NCBI GenBank assembly: GCA_041662245.1
Contig: JBAZSW010000004.1
Span: 11,454-75,453 of the forward strand
Source of the DNA: Parcubacteria group bacterium
Lineage (GTDB): Bacteria; Patescibacteriota; Minisyncoccia; Moranbacterales; UBA9337
Reading direction: 5' to 3'
DNA length: 64,000 nucleotides
Under the pieces are notes generated by a model. That model worked only from the letters and a program-made list of their open reading frames with translations. It was not told where the DNA came from and ran no database searches. Of this stretch, positions 49,107-59,350 are shown piece after piece (positions within the stretch are counted from its first letter, which is position 1; every line of letters starts with the position of its first letter). Both the position numbers and the translations under genes were made by a program.

Positions 49107-50885
49107 TTATTTCATAATTTTCTCTTCTTTTTGTATTGGTTCAGTCGGCTCCACATTATAATAATTTAACAAAAATTTCATCACTTCTCCAAAGGCAGGA
49201 GCAGCACTAGATTCCGCCCATTCCACATCTTTTGGGTTATCTATTTTAACTATAACAGTAAACCTAGGGTTATCCAATGGCGCAATTCCCGCAAAAGATC
49301 CTACGTTAATCCCTTCCTCATAACCCCCTCCCCCCTTTTTGGCCACTTGAGCTGTTCCTGTTTTTCCACCTACCCTGTAACCACTTACAGCCGCTCTTTT
49401 CCCATGACCATTTACTACTACATCATGAAGCATCTCTCTTACTTGATTAGCGGTGTCTTCAGTTATCACCCTTCTTATAATTTCTGGTTCCTCTATTTCC
49501 TCGGATCCATCAGCATAAATTTTTTTATCTACTATTAAAGGACGCATTAGCTTTCCACCATTGGCAATAACTGAATAAGCATTTAAAATTTGTAATGGCG
49601 TTACCGTTATCCCCTGTCCAAAAGCAACTGTAAAAAATTGAATATTACTTTTTAGGTTATTTAAATTGCGAATATCTCCCGAAGCTTCATTGGGCAAAGC
49701 AATTCCCGTTTTTTCACCAAAACCAAAATTACGAACATAATCCGCAAATCTTTTATTGCCCATCAATTTTTCTGCAAAAATAACTCCTGTATTTAAAGAT
49801 TTATTTAAAACATCCGTCATTGTCTGCTGTCCATTAGCCTTTTCATCTGAGTTCTTTATAGTATAACCTGCCTCCACAATCGCTCCCGTATCCACATAAG
49901 TAGTATTGGGAGATATAACACCTGCATCAATCGCACTAGCTAGGGTCATAGTTTTAAAAACAGATCCAGATTCATAAGAATTTGATACTGACGAGTTAAT
50001 GTAAACGTTCATATCCTCAACTTTTCCGAATTCATTGGGATTAAAATTGGGATAATTAGCCATAGCTATAATTTTCCCAGTACTTGGTTCTTGAACCAAG
50101 ATGCTTCCTGCATCCGCTTGATGTTTTTCCATCGTAGCTTTAAGAATTTTTTCTATCTCATATTGCACAGCTTGATCAATAGTCAAAACTAAATTTACTC
50201 CATCTTGAGCAGGAATTTTATCCCTATCAGTAATAGATATCCATCTGCCGGCACTATCTCTTTCTTGAGAAACGCTTCCATTTTTCCCACGAAGCTCTTC
50301 TTCCCAATAAGATTCTATTCCATATCTACCCACTTCTTTTTCTCCGTTTGAACCTACAAAACCTACTACTTGCGAAGCCAATTCTTTTCCAGGATAATAA
50401 CGATAATTTTCGCCTATTAATTCAACTCCTTTAAGTTTTAAATTGTTTATTTTATCAGCTTCTTCTTGGGAAAGTTTTCTTTTTACTATTTCAAACATAT
50501 CATTAGGATCAGCTAACTTTCTTTCAATTTCCCCCCTATCAACTCCCAAAATGTAACTTAATTCACTAATAACTTTATCTCTGTCATCCACTAACTTGGG
50601 CTCCAAAAAAACCATCTTGTATTCTCTATTGGCTGCTAGAGGATATCTGTTTTCTCCATTTTTTAAATAAATTTCTCCTCTTCCGGCAGAAAGTTCGCTA
50701 AAGGCTTGATGCTGATCTTCGGCTATAGCCCGAAACTTAGCATAATCATGCACTTGCAATATAAAAAGGCGAATAATGATTATTATTCCCATTAAAAAAA
50801 TAATAGCAGCTAAAAAATAAATTCTTTGGCTGCTTACCAACTTGTCCCTCTTATTCTTTCCTTTAGATAAAATCATTTTCTGCAT
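49107..50885 (-). CDS. ftsI: Penicillin-binding protein 2 / FtsI transpeptidase.
   Basis: N-terminal TM, SGSVFK (SxxK), SLNT (SxN) and KTGTA (KTG) motifs. Confidence 0.9.
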   Translation of the reverse strand: MQKMILSKGKNKRDKLVSSQRIYFLAAIIFLMGIIIIIRLFILQVHDYAKFRAIAEDQHQAFSELSAGRGEIYLKNGENRYPLAANREYKMVFLEPKLVDDRDKVISELSYILGVDRGEIERKLADPNDMFEIVKRKLSQEEADKINNLKLKGVELIGENYRYYPGKELASQVVGFVGSNGEKEVGRYGIESYWEEELRGKNGSVSQERDSAGRWISITDRDKIPAQDGVNLVLTIDQAVQYEIEKILKATMEKHQADAGSILVQEPSTGKIIAMANYPNFNPNEFGKVEDMNVYINSSVSNSYESGSVFKTMTLASAIDAGVISPNTTYVDTGAIVEAGYTIKNSDEKANGQQTMTDVLNKSLNTGVIFAEKLMGNKRFADYVRNFGFGEKTGIALPNEASGDIRNLNNLKSNIQFFTVAFGQGITVTPLQILNAYSVIANGGKLMRPLIVDKKIYADGSEEIEEPEIIRRVITEDTANQVREMLHDVVVNGHGKRAAVSGYRVGGKTGTAQVAKKGGGGYEEGINVGSFAGIAPLDNPRFTVIVKIDNPKDVEWAESSAAPAFGEVMKFLLNYYNVEPTEPIQKEEKIMK

Positions 50886-51075
50886 ATATTCATTTTCTTA
50901 AAAATATCTCTTCCCCATTATATCCCATCTCAATTTTTTAAGAAATCTATCCCTTAAAAGGAATGATCTAACTGATTGACATGCATATTCATTAATAAAG
51001 TTTAATTCTTAAAAAAATCTTCTCTGAGAATTAACCAGCTGCTACAAATAAATCATGTCCCATAAAATTAGACAT

Positions 51076-51384
51076 CTATTTCCCCAATGCCATCGCATCC
51101 TCATTGTCATCAATATAAGTCACATCTTTTACTTCCACCATATTTAAATTTCCAATATTATCTTTTATATTATAAAAAGAATTTAACTCTGCCTCTTGGA
51201 TTTTCAATTGTTCATTTTCTTTTTTGAGATCTTCTATTCTTTGCTCAACTTTTCTAACCTCATATCCCTTTACTGCTGTGGTATTAATAATACCTAAATA
51301 CGCTCCACAAACCAGCAGACACAAAGAAACTGCCAATATTTTCGCCTTAGCAAAACTACGCTGATGATTATTTATATTTTCCAT
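51076..51384 (-). CDS. ftsL: FtsL/DivIC-like cell-division protein (septum formation initiator).
   Basis: Single TM followed by a coiled-coil (EDLKKENEQLKIQEAELNS). Sits between rsmH and ftsI. Confidence 0.6.
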   Translation of the reverse strand: MENINNHQRSFAKAKILAVSLCLLVCGAYLGIINTTAVKGYEVRKVEQRIEDLKKENEQLKIQEAELNSFYNIKDNIGNLNMVEVKDVTYIDDNEDAMALGK

Positions 51385-51511
51385 TTATTTGTTTACCCCA
51401 TTAAATTATTTTGACTTAATCGGGATTGTTAATTTTTTGTTTTTATTTTATTTGAAACCCTATTTATTAAATTAATTTCATTTAAACAAAGGTTTTCTTA
51501 AGACAAAATAT

Positions 51512-52459
51512 CTAAATTCTTTCTATTATTCTTAATTTAGCGCTTCTGGACCTTGGATTGATTTCTATTTCTTTCTTTGATGCTACTGTTGGTTTCTTGG
51601 TAATTGCTTTTATCTTAGCTCTTACTTTGCAACGGCATACAGGGAATTCTACGGGACAGATACAATTCACTCGAGCTTCTTTAAAAATATTTTTTACCAG
51701 TCTATCCTCTCCCGAATGAAATGAAATTACCGCTAACCTTCCACCTACTATTAGTCCGCTAATAGCTTCCCCGAGGAATTTATTAATATTTTCCAATTCC
51801 TGATTAACTTCCATTCGAATAGCTTGAAATGTTTTGGTGGCAAAATGTATTTTCTTCCGCTTATCTCTTTCGGGAATCGCTTGAGAAATAATTTTTACCA
51901 GTTCATCCGTTCTCTCAATTTCTTTTTCCTTTCTAGCTTGAACTATTTTTTCCACAATCCTAAAGGCAAATTTTTCTTCTCCCAAATCTCTGATAATTTT
52001 AATCAAACTTTCTTGAGAATATCTATTTACTATATCCTGAGCGGTAATTTCTTGTCTTTTATCCATTCGCATATCCAGCACGGATTTGGAATTAAAACTG
52101 AAACCTCGCTCTTTATTATCCAGCTGATCAGAAGATAATCCAAAATCTGCCAAGATTGCATCTACTTTTTCAATCGCGTTATCTCTCAAAATTTGGTTTA
52201 ACTGAGAAAAATTGTTCTGCACTAAAATTAAATTCTGGGGCTTTATTTTTATTTTTAATTCTTTTATTTTATTTTTAAATCTTTTAATCGCTTCCGCATC
52301 TCTATCAATTGCTATCAATCTTCCTTCTGGTAAAATTATCTTTAAAATTTCAATTGAATGTCCTCCTCCCCCCAGTGTCGCATCCACTACTGTCATTCCT
52401 TCTTTTAAATTCAATCCACTAATTGCCTCTTCTAGTAATACTGATTTATGAATTGTCAT
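51512..52459 (-). CDS. rsmH: 16S rRNA (cytosine1402-N4)-methyltransferase RsmH.
   Basis: VDATLGGGGHS SAM motif. Downstream of mraZ. Confidence 0.9.
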   Translation of the reverse strand: MTIHKSVLLEEAISGLNLKEGMTVVDATLGGGGHSIEILKIILPEGRLIAIDRDAEAIKRFKNKIKELKIKIKPQNLILVQNNFSQLNQILRDNAIEKVDAILADFGLSSDQLDNKERGFSFNSKSVLDMRMDKRQEITAQDIVNRYSQESLIKIIRDLGEEKFAFRIVEKIVQARKEKEIERTDELVKIISQAIPERDKRKKIHFATKTFQAIRMEVNQELENINKFLGEAISGLIVGGRLAVISFHSGEDRLVKNIFKEARVNCICPVEFPVCRCKVRAKIKAITKKPTVASKKEIEINPRSRSAKLRIIERI

Positions 52460-52574
52460 ACTTTAGGTTGTAGGTTGTAGCTTTTTAGCCATTAGCTTTT
52501 TAGACTTTTAAAATTCCAACGTCATAAAATCTCAAATTCCTAATCACCCAATAGCTACTGCGCTACTCGCTAAA

Positions 52575-53024
52575 TTAATATACTCCCAACTTACCCAACT
52601 GCTCAGCTATCTCGTCACTACTCTTTTCTGCTTTTGTTTTATAATTATTCCATTTTGATTTATCCCAAACCTCTAATCTATCAAAAAGTCCAGCCACAGT
52701 TACATCTTTTTTTAGTCCGGCATATTCCTTGAGATAATCAGGAATTAAAATTCTTCCTTGTTTATCTAATTCTACATCCAATGCTCCGGCTAACATTAGA
52801 CGAATAAAACTTCTCGTACCTGATTCGCCCACTGGTAAACTTCCCAATTTTTCGGCTAACTTTTCCCAAGTTTTCATCGGATAAATAAACAAACATTTAT
52901 CCATCCCACGAGTTATCACTACTTTTTTTCCAAGTTCAACTCGACACTTTGCTGGCATCGCTACTCTTTTTTTGGGATCAATTGTATGCTGATATTCTCC
53001 GATAAACATGCCATTTTTATCCAT
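52575..53024 (-). CDS. mraZ: Transcriptional regulator MraZ. The start is probably the second Met (MFIGEY.., 53010).
   Basis: Duplicated MraZ/SpoVT-AbrB halves with DxxxR-like motifs (DPKKRVAMP, DKQGRILIP). Confidence 0.88.
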   Translation of the reverse strand: MDKNGMFIGEYQHTIDPKKRVAMPAKCRVELGKKVVITRGMDKCLFIYPMKTWEKLAEKLGSLPVGESGTRSFIRLMLAGALDVELDKQGRILIPDYLKEYAGLKKDVTVAGLFDRLEVWDKSKWNNYKTKAEKSSDEIAEQLGKLGVY

Positions 53025-53358
53025 GAGTGGAGCGAATGGTCATAAAAATGAGCACCCCGCACCAATTTATGGACAAATTAAAATTCTTTAGATAACTAAG
53101 CCGTTAGGCACTTTACAATAATAAAATATAATTCTTAAAGTAATACTCTTGGAATTGGTTGCTAGGGTTTTTATCTTACATTCACAAATTCTAATTCCCT
53201 AAATTCTCATCTTCCTAAATTCCTATCAAAACCCCACTCTTCCCCACTCAACTACATTACACTACCATTTTACCCCACTTGCCTATATCTTGTCAACACT
53301 TTTTAATAAGTTTATAAGGTTTTTAAAGTTCCTAAAGTTTATAAAGTAAAACCCCAGA

Positions 53359-53450
53359 ATTATCATCTCGACTCGCCTCGCTAAAGCTACTGCAAAGCGG
53401 ACTAGATAATTTTTTGTACTCAAAAAATTAGAAATGGAGAGATCTTTTAA
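53359..53450 (-). repeat. R3 repeat (reverse orientation) carrying a diverged 33-nt GC hairpin insert (tcgcctcgctaaagctactgcaaagcggactag, 53373-53405).
   Basis: tcatctcgac[insert]ataattttttgtactcaaaaaattagaaatggagagatctt matches the reverse complement of 54645-54716. Confidence 0.7.
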
Positions 53451-54253
53451 AAAGCATTATCCCATAAGCGTGCGATAGTATATCTCATAAAACAATGAAC
53501 AATTTAAAAAGCCTTTTGCGTCAATCCGCAATCGGCTTTTTGTTTTTTCTCTTTTTGTCTTTTCTAATTTTTTGGGAGTGTAGTTCCATTTACGAGAACC
53601 TCAGCCAGACCACCACGACAGATTTTCTGTCGGCAGGATTTCTAAGCAGCTATGAGCAAAAAAATAATAACAGTAATGGCATACGCTTCAGTTTTGGTTA
53701 TTTCTCTCTTTAGGGGTATCACCTCATTGATGAAATCTCTAATGTAACTTTCTGCAATCCCCAAAACAATTACTATAAACAAAATAATAGCAGCACCAAT
53801 ACTGATAATTTTAATATATTCCATTGTTTTTTCTCCTCGTTATCGTACGTTTTCAAATATATCATCTCCATCATCCAATATTTATCCCAAATTAGACGAC
53901 TAACTAAGGATAAAGATTGGGTGATTGAAATCTTGTTAAATTGTCAAAAATCTAACTAACCCAAAATTATAGCATAAATATAATAAAAAGTCAAATTTTC
54001 AGATACCGCAATTTATAAAGTTTATAAGGTTTGTAAAGCTAAGTGAAATAAATAATAAAAAACCCCGATGTTAAATCGAGGTTAATTTGTGGACCGAAAC
54101 AGTCTCGGTCATAGATATTTTTTCTGACGAAAAAATTCCACGACCCTGTCTCGCGGTGTTCGCCTTTTTCTCCTGAAGTCGAAAAAACTCACACAACGCT
54201 CCGACTTTCGAGTCCTGACGAAAGCAAAACTCTTTACTTTCTTTCGATCACAA

Positions 54254-54282
54254 AAACCCCGATATTAATCGGGGATTATTTG
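54254..54282 (-). terminator. Rho-independent terminator of tRNA-Ala (ccccgattaatatcgggg + ttttt on the minus strand).
   Basis: Perfect 7-bp stem ccccgat/atcgggg. A partial second copy together with 11 nt of the tRNA 3' end lies at 54059-54098. Confidence 0.7.
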
Positions 54283-54355
54283 TGGACCGAACAGGACTCG
54301 AACCCGCCACCTCCTCAGTGCAAATGAGGCGCTCTACCAGATGAGCTATCGGCCC
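54283..54355 (-). tRNA. tRNA-Ala (anticodon TGC), CCA encoded.
   Basis: Reverse complement: gggccgatagctcatctggtagagcgcctcatttgcactgaggaggtggcgggttcgagtcctgttcggtcca. G3:U70 pair present. Confidence 0.85.
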
Positions 54356-54560
54356 ATTTATTTGAAATGGTAAACTATTAAATTGTAGATGCCTTCTCTG
54401 TGCAAGAGATTGAGAATGAGTGAGCAATCTCCGCTCAGACAATCTACTTGGCCCATTTATTTGAAATGGTAAACTATTAAATTGTAGATGCCTTCTCTGT
54501 GCAAGAGATTGAGAATGAGTGAGCAATCTCCGCTCAGACAATCTACTCGGCCCATTTATT
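54351..54560. repeat. Tandem direct repeat, 2 x ~105 bp, starting at the tRNA-Ala 5' end. Duplicates the tRNA-Ala upstream/promoter region.
   Basis: ggcccatttatttgaaatggtaaactattaaattgtagatgccttctctgtgcaagagattgagaatgagtgagcaatctccgctcagacaatctact repeated with 1-2 mismatches. Confidence 0.9.
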
Positions 54561-54644
54561 TATATTTCAAAACTAAAATAAATTATATAGTATATCTAAA
54601 AATTTGTCTAGCAAACAATCGGGCAATTTGACAATGCAGAGAGG

Positions 54645-54716
54645 AAAAGAAATCTTCTCAAGATCTCTCCACTTATAATTTCTTGAGTACAAAAAATTAT
54701 TCGGTCGAGATGACAC
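54645..54716 (+). repeat. R3 repeat copy, inverted relative to 53359-53450.
   Basis: aagatctctccacttataatttcttgagtacaaaaaattattcggtcgagatgacacac. Confidence 0.7.
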
Positions 54717-54787
54717 ACAAAAATTTTCATATATATTTTTCGCTGAAACAATATTGTGTTATTATGCTAACATGTTGAACTGATAAC

Positions 54788-55864
54788 ATGATTTATTTAA
54801 ACGCTCTTAATAGAATAAATGGCATTGGTCCTCAAAAAATAAAAATTTTAATGAGTCACTTTGGCAGTGGCGAAGAAATTTGGAAAAGTAATTTAAGCGA
54901 ATTAATAAAAAGTGGCATAAATGAAAAATTAGCCCAAATTATACTTAGCGAAAGAATCAAAATTAATCCCGAAGAGGAATGGGAAAAATTAGAAAAAGAA
55001 AATATTCGAGTTATTTCTTTTTTCGACGATACTTACCCTACTCTTTTAAAAGAAATTCCTTCCGCTCCTCAGATCCTTTATGTCAAAGGTGATTATGATT
55101 TTAATTCTGCTCCCATGATTGCTATCGTCGGTTCGAGAAAGTTTTCTAATTATGGTCAGCGTGTTGCTGCTTCAATTGCCTATGATTTAGCTAAAGCAGG
55201 AATAACAGTGGTTTCAGGGATGGCTCTTGGCATTGATGCTTTTGCTCACAGAGGCGCGCTAGATGGTGGCGGAAAAACTTTAGCAGTACTTGGCAGTAGC
55301 TTGGAAGATAAAAATGTTGGACCACGCGCTAACTTTAATCTTTCTCGCCACATTATCAATAGTGGCGCATTAATAAGCGACTATTCACTGGGAACGCAAG
55401 CTATCCCAGGCACATTTCCTGCTCGCAATCGTCTGATGGCAGGATTAACTTTAGGCACCCTAGTCATCGAAGCCGCTCCTGCCAGCGGGACATTAATTAC
55501 AGCCAGCATGGCTCTAGATTTCAACCGTGAAGTTTTTGCTGTTCCGGGAGATATTTTTTCTCCTAGCTCCCAAGGAACCAATCAGTTAATCAAGTCTGGC
55601 GCTAAAATTGTTAGCAGTGTGACAGATATTTTGGAAGAATTAAATATTGAAAAATTTCAACAAGAAAAAATTATAAAAAAGTTTATTCCTGCCTCAATTG
55701 AAGAAGAAAAAATTATAAAAATAATTTCTCACGAACCCGTTCACATTGACAGAATTATAAAACTCTCTAAAATAAAAACCAGTGGCGTTTCTTCTATTTT
55801 GATTATTTTAGAAATGAAAGGAATAATAAAAGATATCGGGGGACAAAATTATATAAGGCTATAA
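54788..55864 (+). CDS. dprA: DNA-processing protein DprA (Smf).
   Basis: Rossmann-like core IAIVGSRKFSNYGQRVAASIAYDLAKAGITVVSGMALGIDAFAHRGAL and a C-terminal DML1-like domain. Confidence 0.88.
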   Translation: MIYLNALNRINGIGPQKIKILMSHFGSGEEIWKSNLSELIKSGINEKLAQIILSERIKINPEEEWEKLEKENIRVISFFDDTYPTLLKEIPSAPQILYVKGDYDFNSAPMIAIVGSRKFSNYGQRVAASIAYDLAKAGITVVSGMALGIDAFAHRGALDGGGKTLAVLGSSLEDKNVGPRANFNLSRHIINSGALISDYSLGTQAIPGTFPARNRLMAGLTLGTLVIEAAPASGTLITASMALDFNREVFAVPGDIFSPSSQGTNQLIKSGAKIVSSVTDILEELNIEKFQQEKIIKKFIPASIEEEKIIKIISHEPVHIDRIIKLSKIKTSGVSSILIILEMKGIIKDIGGQNYIRL

Positions 55865-55978
55865 CAATTTCGAATTTTAAATTTTTAATTTTGAATCAAT
55901 TTTAAATCGCTAAATTAATAAATTTCAAAAACAATCACTTTTGTCAGATTTTCTTTTTTGAGAAAAAATATTTCCTGA

Positions 55979-58213
55979 TTGATATTTTTAAATTTAGATT
56001 TTAAAATTTTTGACACTATGCAACTTGTCATCGTTGAGTCTCCATCCAAATCAAAAACTATCAAAAAATATTTGGGCAGTGGTTATGAAGTAAAATCTTC
56101 TATTGGGCACATTCGTGATCTTCCCAAAAGCAATAAAAAGGCGATTGAAATTGAAAATAATTTTTTACCTCATTATGAAATTCTTGAAGGTAAAGAAGAT
56201 GTAATCGCTGATTTAAAAAAAAGTGCCAAAAAAGCTACTGAGGTACTTCTAGCAACTGACCCCGATCGTGAAGGAGAATCTATCGCTTGGCATCTTGCTG
56301 AAACTCTGGGCCTAAAAAAAGCCAAAAGAATTGTCTTTAATGAAATAACGGAACAAGCCGTCACAGAAGCAATTAAACATCCGCGGGCTATTGATTTAAA
56401 TTTAAAAAATGCTCAAGAGGCTCGCCGAGTATTGGACAGGCTTTTTGGCTATGATTTAAGTGGGCTGATTTGGAAAAAGGTTCGTTATGGACTAAGTGCT
56501 GGTCGAGTACAGTCTCCTGCACTTCGAATTATTGTCGAAAGAGAAAAAGAAATCCAAGCCTTTAATGCTGAAAAATATTGGAGCATCTTTTCTCAAGTAG
56601 CCAACAAAACTAAAAATAAATTTGAATTAACTTGCGCGCAAGAACCTCGTGACAAAAAAGATGTAAATGCAATAATTAAAGCGGGAGAAAAAGAGAACTG
56701 GATAGTCTCTGAAATTTCTGAAAAAGAAATTCATCGCATGCCCTATCCTCCTTTTATTACTTCCACGTTACAACAGGTAGCTAGCTCTAGACTGGGAATG
56801 GCTCCCTCCAAGACGATGTTTCTTGCTCAAAGACTTTACGAAGCGGGATTAATAACTTATATGAGAACCGACAGTACTATATTGAGCACATTGGCTCAAA
56901 AACAAATTGCGCAAATTATTACCAAAAAATTTGGAAAAGAGAACTTGAAACCACGAACTTTTAAAACTAAAAGTAAAGTAGCTCAAGAAGCCCACGAAGC
57001 GATCCGCCCTACTGACTTCAATAAATTTTCTGCCGGAGCCAATCCCGAACAAACAAAATTATATAATTTAATTTGGATGCGCGCCGTCGCTTCTCAGATG
57101 ACAGAAGCTCATTTGCTTAGTATGAAATTGATTGTCACGGTAGGAAAAGGCAAAAAAATTCCTGTTTTTGTCACCAAGGGTTCACGCGTTCTCTCTCAAG
57201 GCTGGTACAGTGCTGACACTCACGCCATCAGAGAAGATGTGGAATTACCTAAAGTTTCAGTTGGGGAAAAATTAAAATTTATTAGCATTGAAGCTAAAGA
57301 AAAAGAAACCTTGCCACCTCCTCGCTACACTGAGGCGGGACTAATTAAAGAGCTAGAAAAAAGAGGAATTGGTCGTCCTTCAACTTATGCCTCAATTATA
57401 AAAACTCTTAAAGATAGACAATATGCCGATAAAGAAGGTCGCACCCTAAAGCCTACCGACACTGGGGAAATAGTAAGTGATTTTCTTAGTGCGAATTTTG
57501 ATAAATATATTAGCGACTCTTTTACTGCCCAAATGGAAGATAATTTAGATGCAATTGCTAATGGAAAAAAAGAATACGCCAAAATTTTAAAATCTTTTTA
57601 TGGACCCTTCACTAAAGATATTAAATCCAAGGAAAATATTGAAAAAGTTACCAATCTAGGCAAGGCTGATAAAAAATTCAAATGTCCTCTATGCAAAGGT
57701 TCTATGATCATCAAATTGGGAAAAACTGGAAAATTTCTCAGTTGTGAAAAATTTCCCGACTGCACAGGTGGACGCACTATTGATGGAAATATTTTAGAAG
57801 GACCTAAAGAAACGGGAGAAAAATGTCCTAAATGCGAAACAGGAAAGTTAGTTACTCGCGAAGGAAAATTTGGAAAGTTTATTTCTTGCGATCAATTTCC
57901 TAAATGCAAATATATCAAAGAAGATCCAATTGAAAGTGCTAAAAGAAAAACAGGAGTTAACTGTCCTAAATGTAAGGATGGAGAAATGACCGAAAGGAAA
58001 GGACGCTTTGGAATTTTTTATGCCTGTTCTAATTACCCCGCTTGTCGCCATGCTATCAAATCTAAACCTACTGGGAAAGTTTGTTCTTATAAAAGACCCG
58101 AGCGAGTAGGTGGAAAATGTGGAGAATTAATGATGGAGGGAACCAAAACTATTCCCGAAAGATGTTCCGATAAAACTTGCCCCAATCATCGACCAGATAA
58201 ATTGGAAAAATAG
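55979..58213 (+). CDS. topA: DNA topoisomerase I with C-terminal zinc-ribbon repeats. The probable start is Met at 56018 (MQLVIVESP).
   Basis: TOPRIM LVIVESPSKSKTI, active-site GLITYMRTDS, and four CxxC..CxxC zinc ribbons at the C-terminus. Confidence 0.93.
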   Translation: MIFLNLDFKIFDTMQLVIVESPSKSKTIKKYLGSGYEVKSSIGHIRDLPKSNKKAIEIENNFLPHYEILEGKEDVIADLKKSAKKATEVLLATDPDREGESIAWHLAETLGLKKAKRIVFNEITEQAVTEAIKHPRAIDLNLKNAQEARRVLDRLFGYDLSGLIWKKVRYGLSAGRVQSPALRIIVEREKEIQAFNAEKYWSIFSQVANKTKNKFELTCAQEPRDKKDVNAIIKAGEKENWIVSEISEKEIHRMPYPPFITSTLQQVASSRLGMAPSKTMFLAQRLYEAGLITYMRTDSTILSTLAQKQIAQIITKKFGKENLKPRTFKTKSKVAQEAHEAIRPTDFNKFSAGANPEQTKLYNLIWMRAVASQMTEAHLLSMKLIVTVGKGKKIPVFVTKGSRVLSQGWYSADTHAIREDVELPKVSVGEKLKFISIEAKEKETLPPPRYTEAGLIKELEKRGIGRPSTYASIIKTLKDRQYADKEGRTLKPTDTGEIVSDFLSANFDKYISDSFTAQMEDNLDAIANGKKEYAKILKSFYGPFTKDIKSKENIEKVTNLGKADKKFKCPLCKGSMIIKLGKTGKFLSCEKFPDCTGGRTIDGNILEGPKETGEKCPKCETGKLVTREGKFGKFISCDQFPKCKYIKEDPIESAKRKTGVNCPKCKDGEMTERKGRFGIFYACSNYPACRHAIKSKPTGKVCSYKRPERVGGKCGELMMEGTKTIPERCSDKTCPNHRPDKLEK

Positions 58214-58241
58214 TTTTTAAAGTCAAAAAGTAAAAAAAGAA

Positions 58242-58280
58242 AACAGCCTAGAGAAATTTATTTTCTTGGGCTGTTTTTAT
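58242..58280. terminator. Putative bidirectional terminator (aaacagcc..ggctgttt + T-tract).
   Basis: 7-bp stem with a long loop, between convergent topA and the 169-aa ORF. Weak. Confidence 0.35.
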
Positions 58281-58291
58281 TTCTATAGTTT

Positions 58292-58801
58292 TTATTCGGA
58301 AAGCAGACAATGTACCACTTCTACAAACTCGACATGAAATGTTTTTTTCATCCTAACAATTTTTTTCACAGCTTGGACTTCCCGATAAACAGGAAGTTCG
58401 CACATTGACATTAACCTTTTGATCTCCCTGTCAACTTCACTATACGGCAAAATACTTTGTTTTTTTATCAATCGAACAATGTCCAGTGACAGTTCCTCTA
58501 AATAAACCATCACCATCGAACAAGGCATCCCACTCTCAAATCCATCAGCAAAATCATCAGTAATTCTTTTAAACTTTTGCTCAGATTTAGCAATCAGAAT
58601 ACCTTCTGAAAAAATATCCCCACATAAACTCATTAATTGAGTAAGGATATGATGACTATCACCATCGTCTTGCCCTGCAATTTCAAACCTCATATCATTC
58701 CTCCACAATATTAGTTTAATAATTTTGGCGATATTTAGCGTATCTTCTTTCCGCCGTGCCTCCAACTTGCCAAAAAAATAAGCACCCAAATGAGAACGCA
58801 T
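58292..58801 (-). CDS. Hypothetical protein. The real start is likely an internal Met (MRFEIAG.., ~58693).
   Basis: ORF only. The 5' portion overlaps the upstream ORF by 67 nt. Confidence 0.4.
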   Translation of the reverse strand: MRSHLGAYFFGKLEARRKEDTLNIAKIIKLILWRNDMRFEIAGQDDGDSHHILTQLMSLCGDIFSEGILIAKSEQKFKRITDDFADGFESGMPCSMVMVYLEELSLDIVRLIKKQSILPYSEVDREIKRLMSMCELPVYREVQAVKKIVRMKKTFHVEFVEVVHCLLSE

Positions 58802-59082
58802 ACGCTATAATAAGCATAAAAATATGTCTCTCTAGAGAGAGGAAAAAATAAACTGATTTCTAAATCATACAGTTTGTTTATCAACAACAAAGGCACTATT
58901 AACGTCGTAATGATTCCAAAAAATAAAAAAATAATTTTTTTCCAGATCTCTCCCAAAAGGTTGCGATGGATACTTTTATTTTTTTGAAAAATTTCTTCAA
59001 TCAGACACGTTCCTGCCCCAAAAATCATTACTAGGCAGAAAGACACTACTAATAAAATTAAAAAACTAGAATAATTTTCCAT
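58735..59082 (-). CDS. Hypothetical small membrane protein (3 TM).
   Basis: Hydrophobic helices; no motif. Confidence 0.4.
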   Translation of the reverse strand: MENYSSFLILLVVSFCLVMIFGAGTCLIEEIFQKNKSIHRNLLGEIWKKIIFLFFGIITTLIVPLLLINKLYDLEISLFFPLSRETYFYAYYSVCVLIWVLIFLASWRHGGKKIR

Positions 59083-59350
59083 AAATCCTCCTCTAAGATG
59101 AACGTTTATTTCTTTTGACTCTATTTAAATTGCTAATAAAGACTATAGCATAAAGGATGTAACTTGTTAAGAGCTAGCCAGATTTAGTAGTTTCAAAATC
59201 AAAATATCCAGAATTTAATAAAATTCTAAGTTTAAGTATTATGTCTTCACGTTATCAGATGAGTTTAATTTTTAACTAAGTACCACCTTGCTTATTACCT
59301 TTAAATTATTTATACTAAGAAAGTAAAAAATATTATTTTTTATTTTCATT

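Noticed and set aside
54248-54541. 97-aa ORF on the minus strand with an internally repeated peptide
   Set aside because: It is a translation artefact of the tRNA-Ala gene plus the 2 x 105-bp tandem DNA repeat. The repeated peptide simply mirrors the DNA duplication.
54351-54560. Possible CRISPR array (direct repeats)
   Set aside because: Only two long (105 bp) perfectly adjacent units are present, with no spacers, no short 25-40-bp repeat periodicity and no cas genes. It is a tandem duplication of the tRNA-Ala upstream region.
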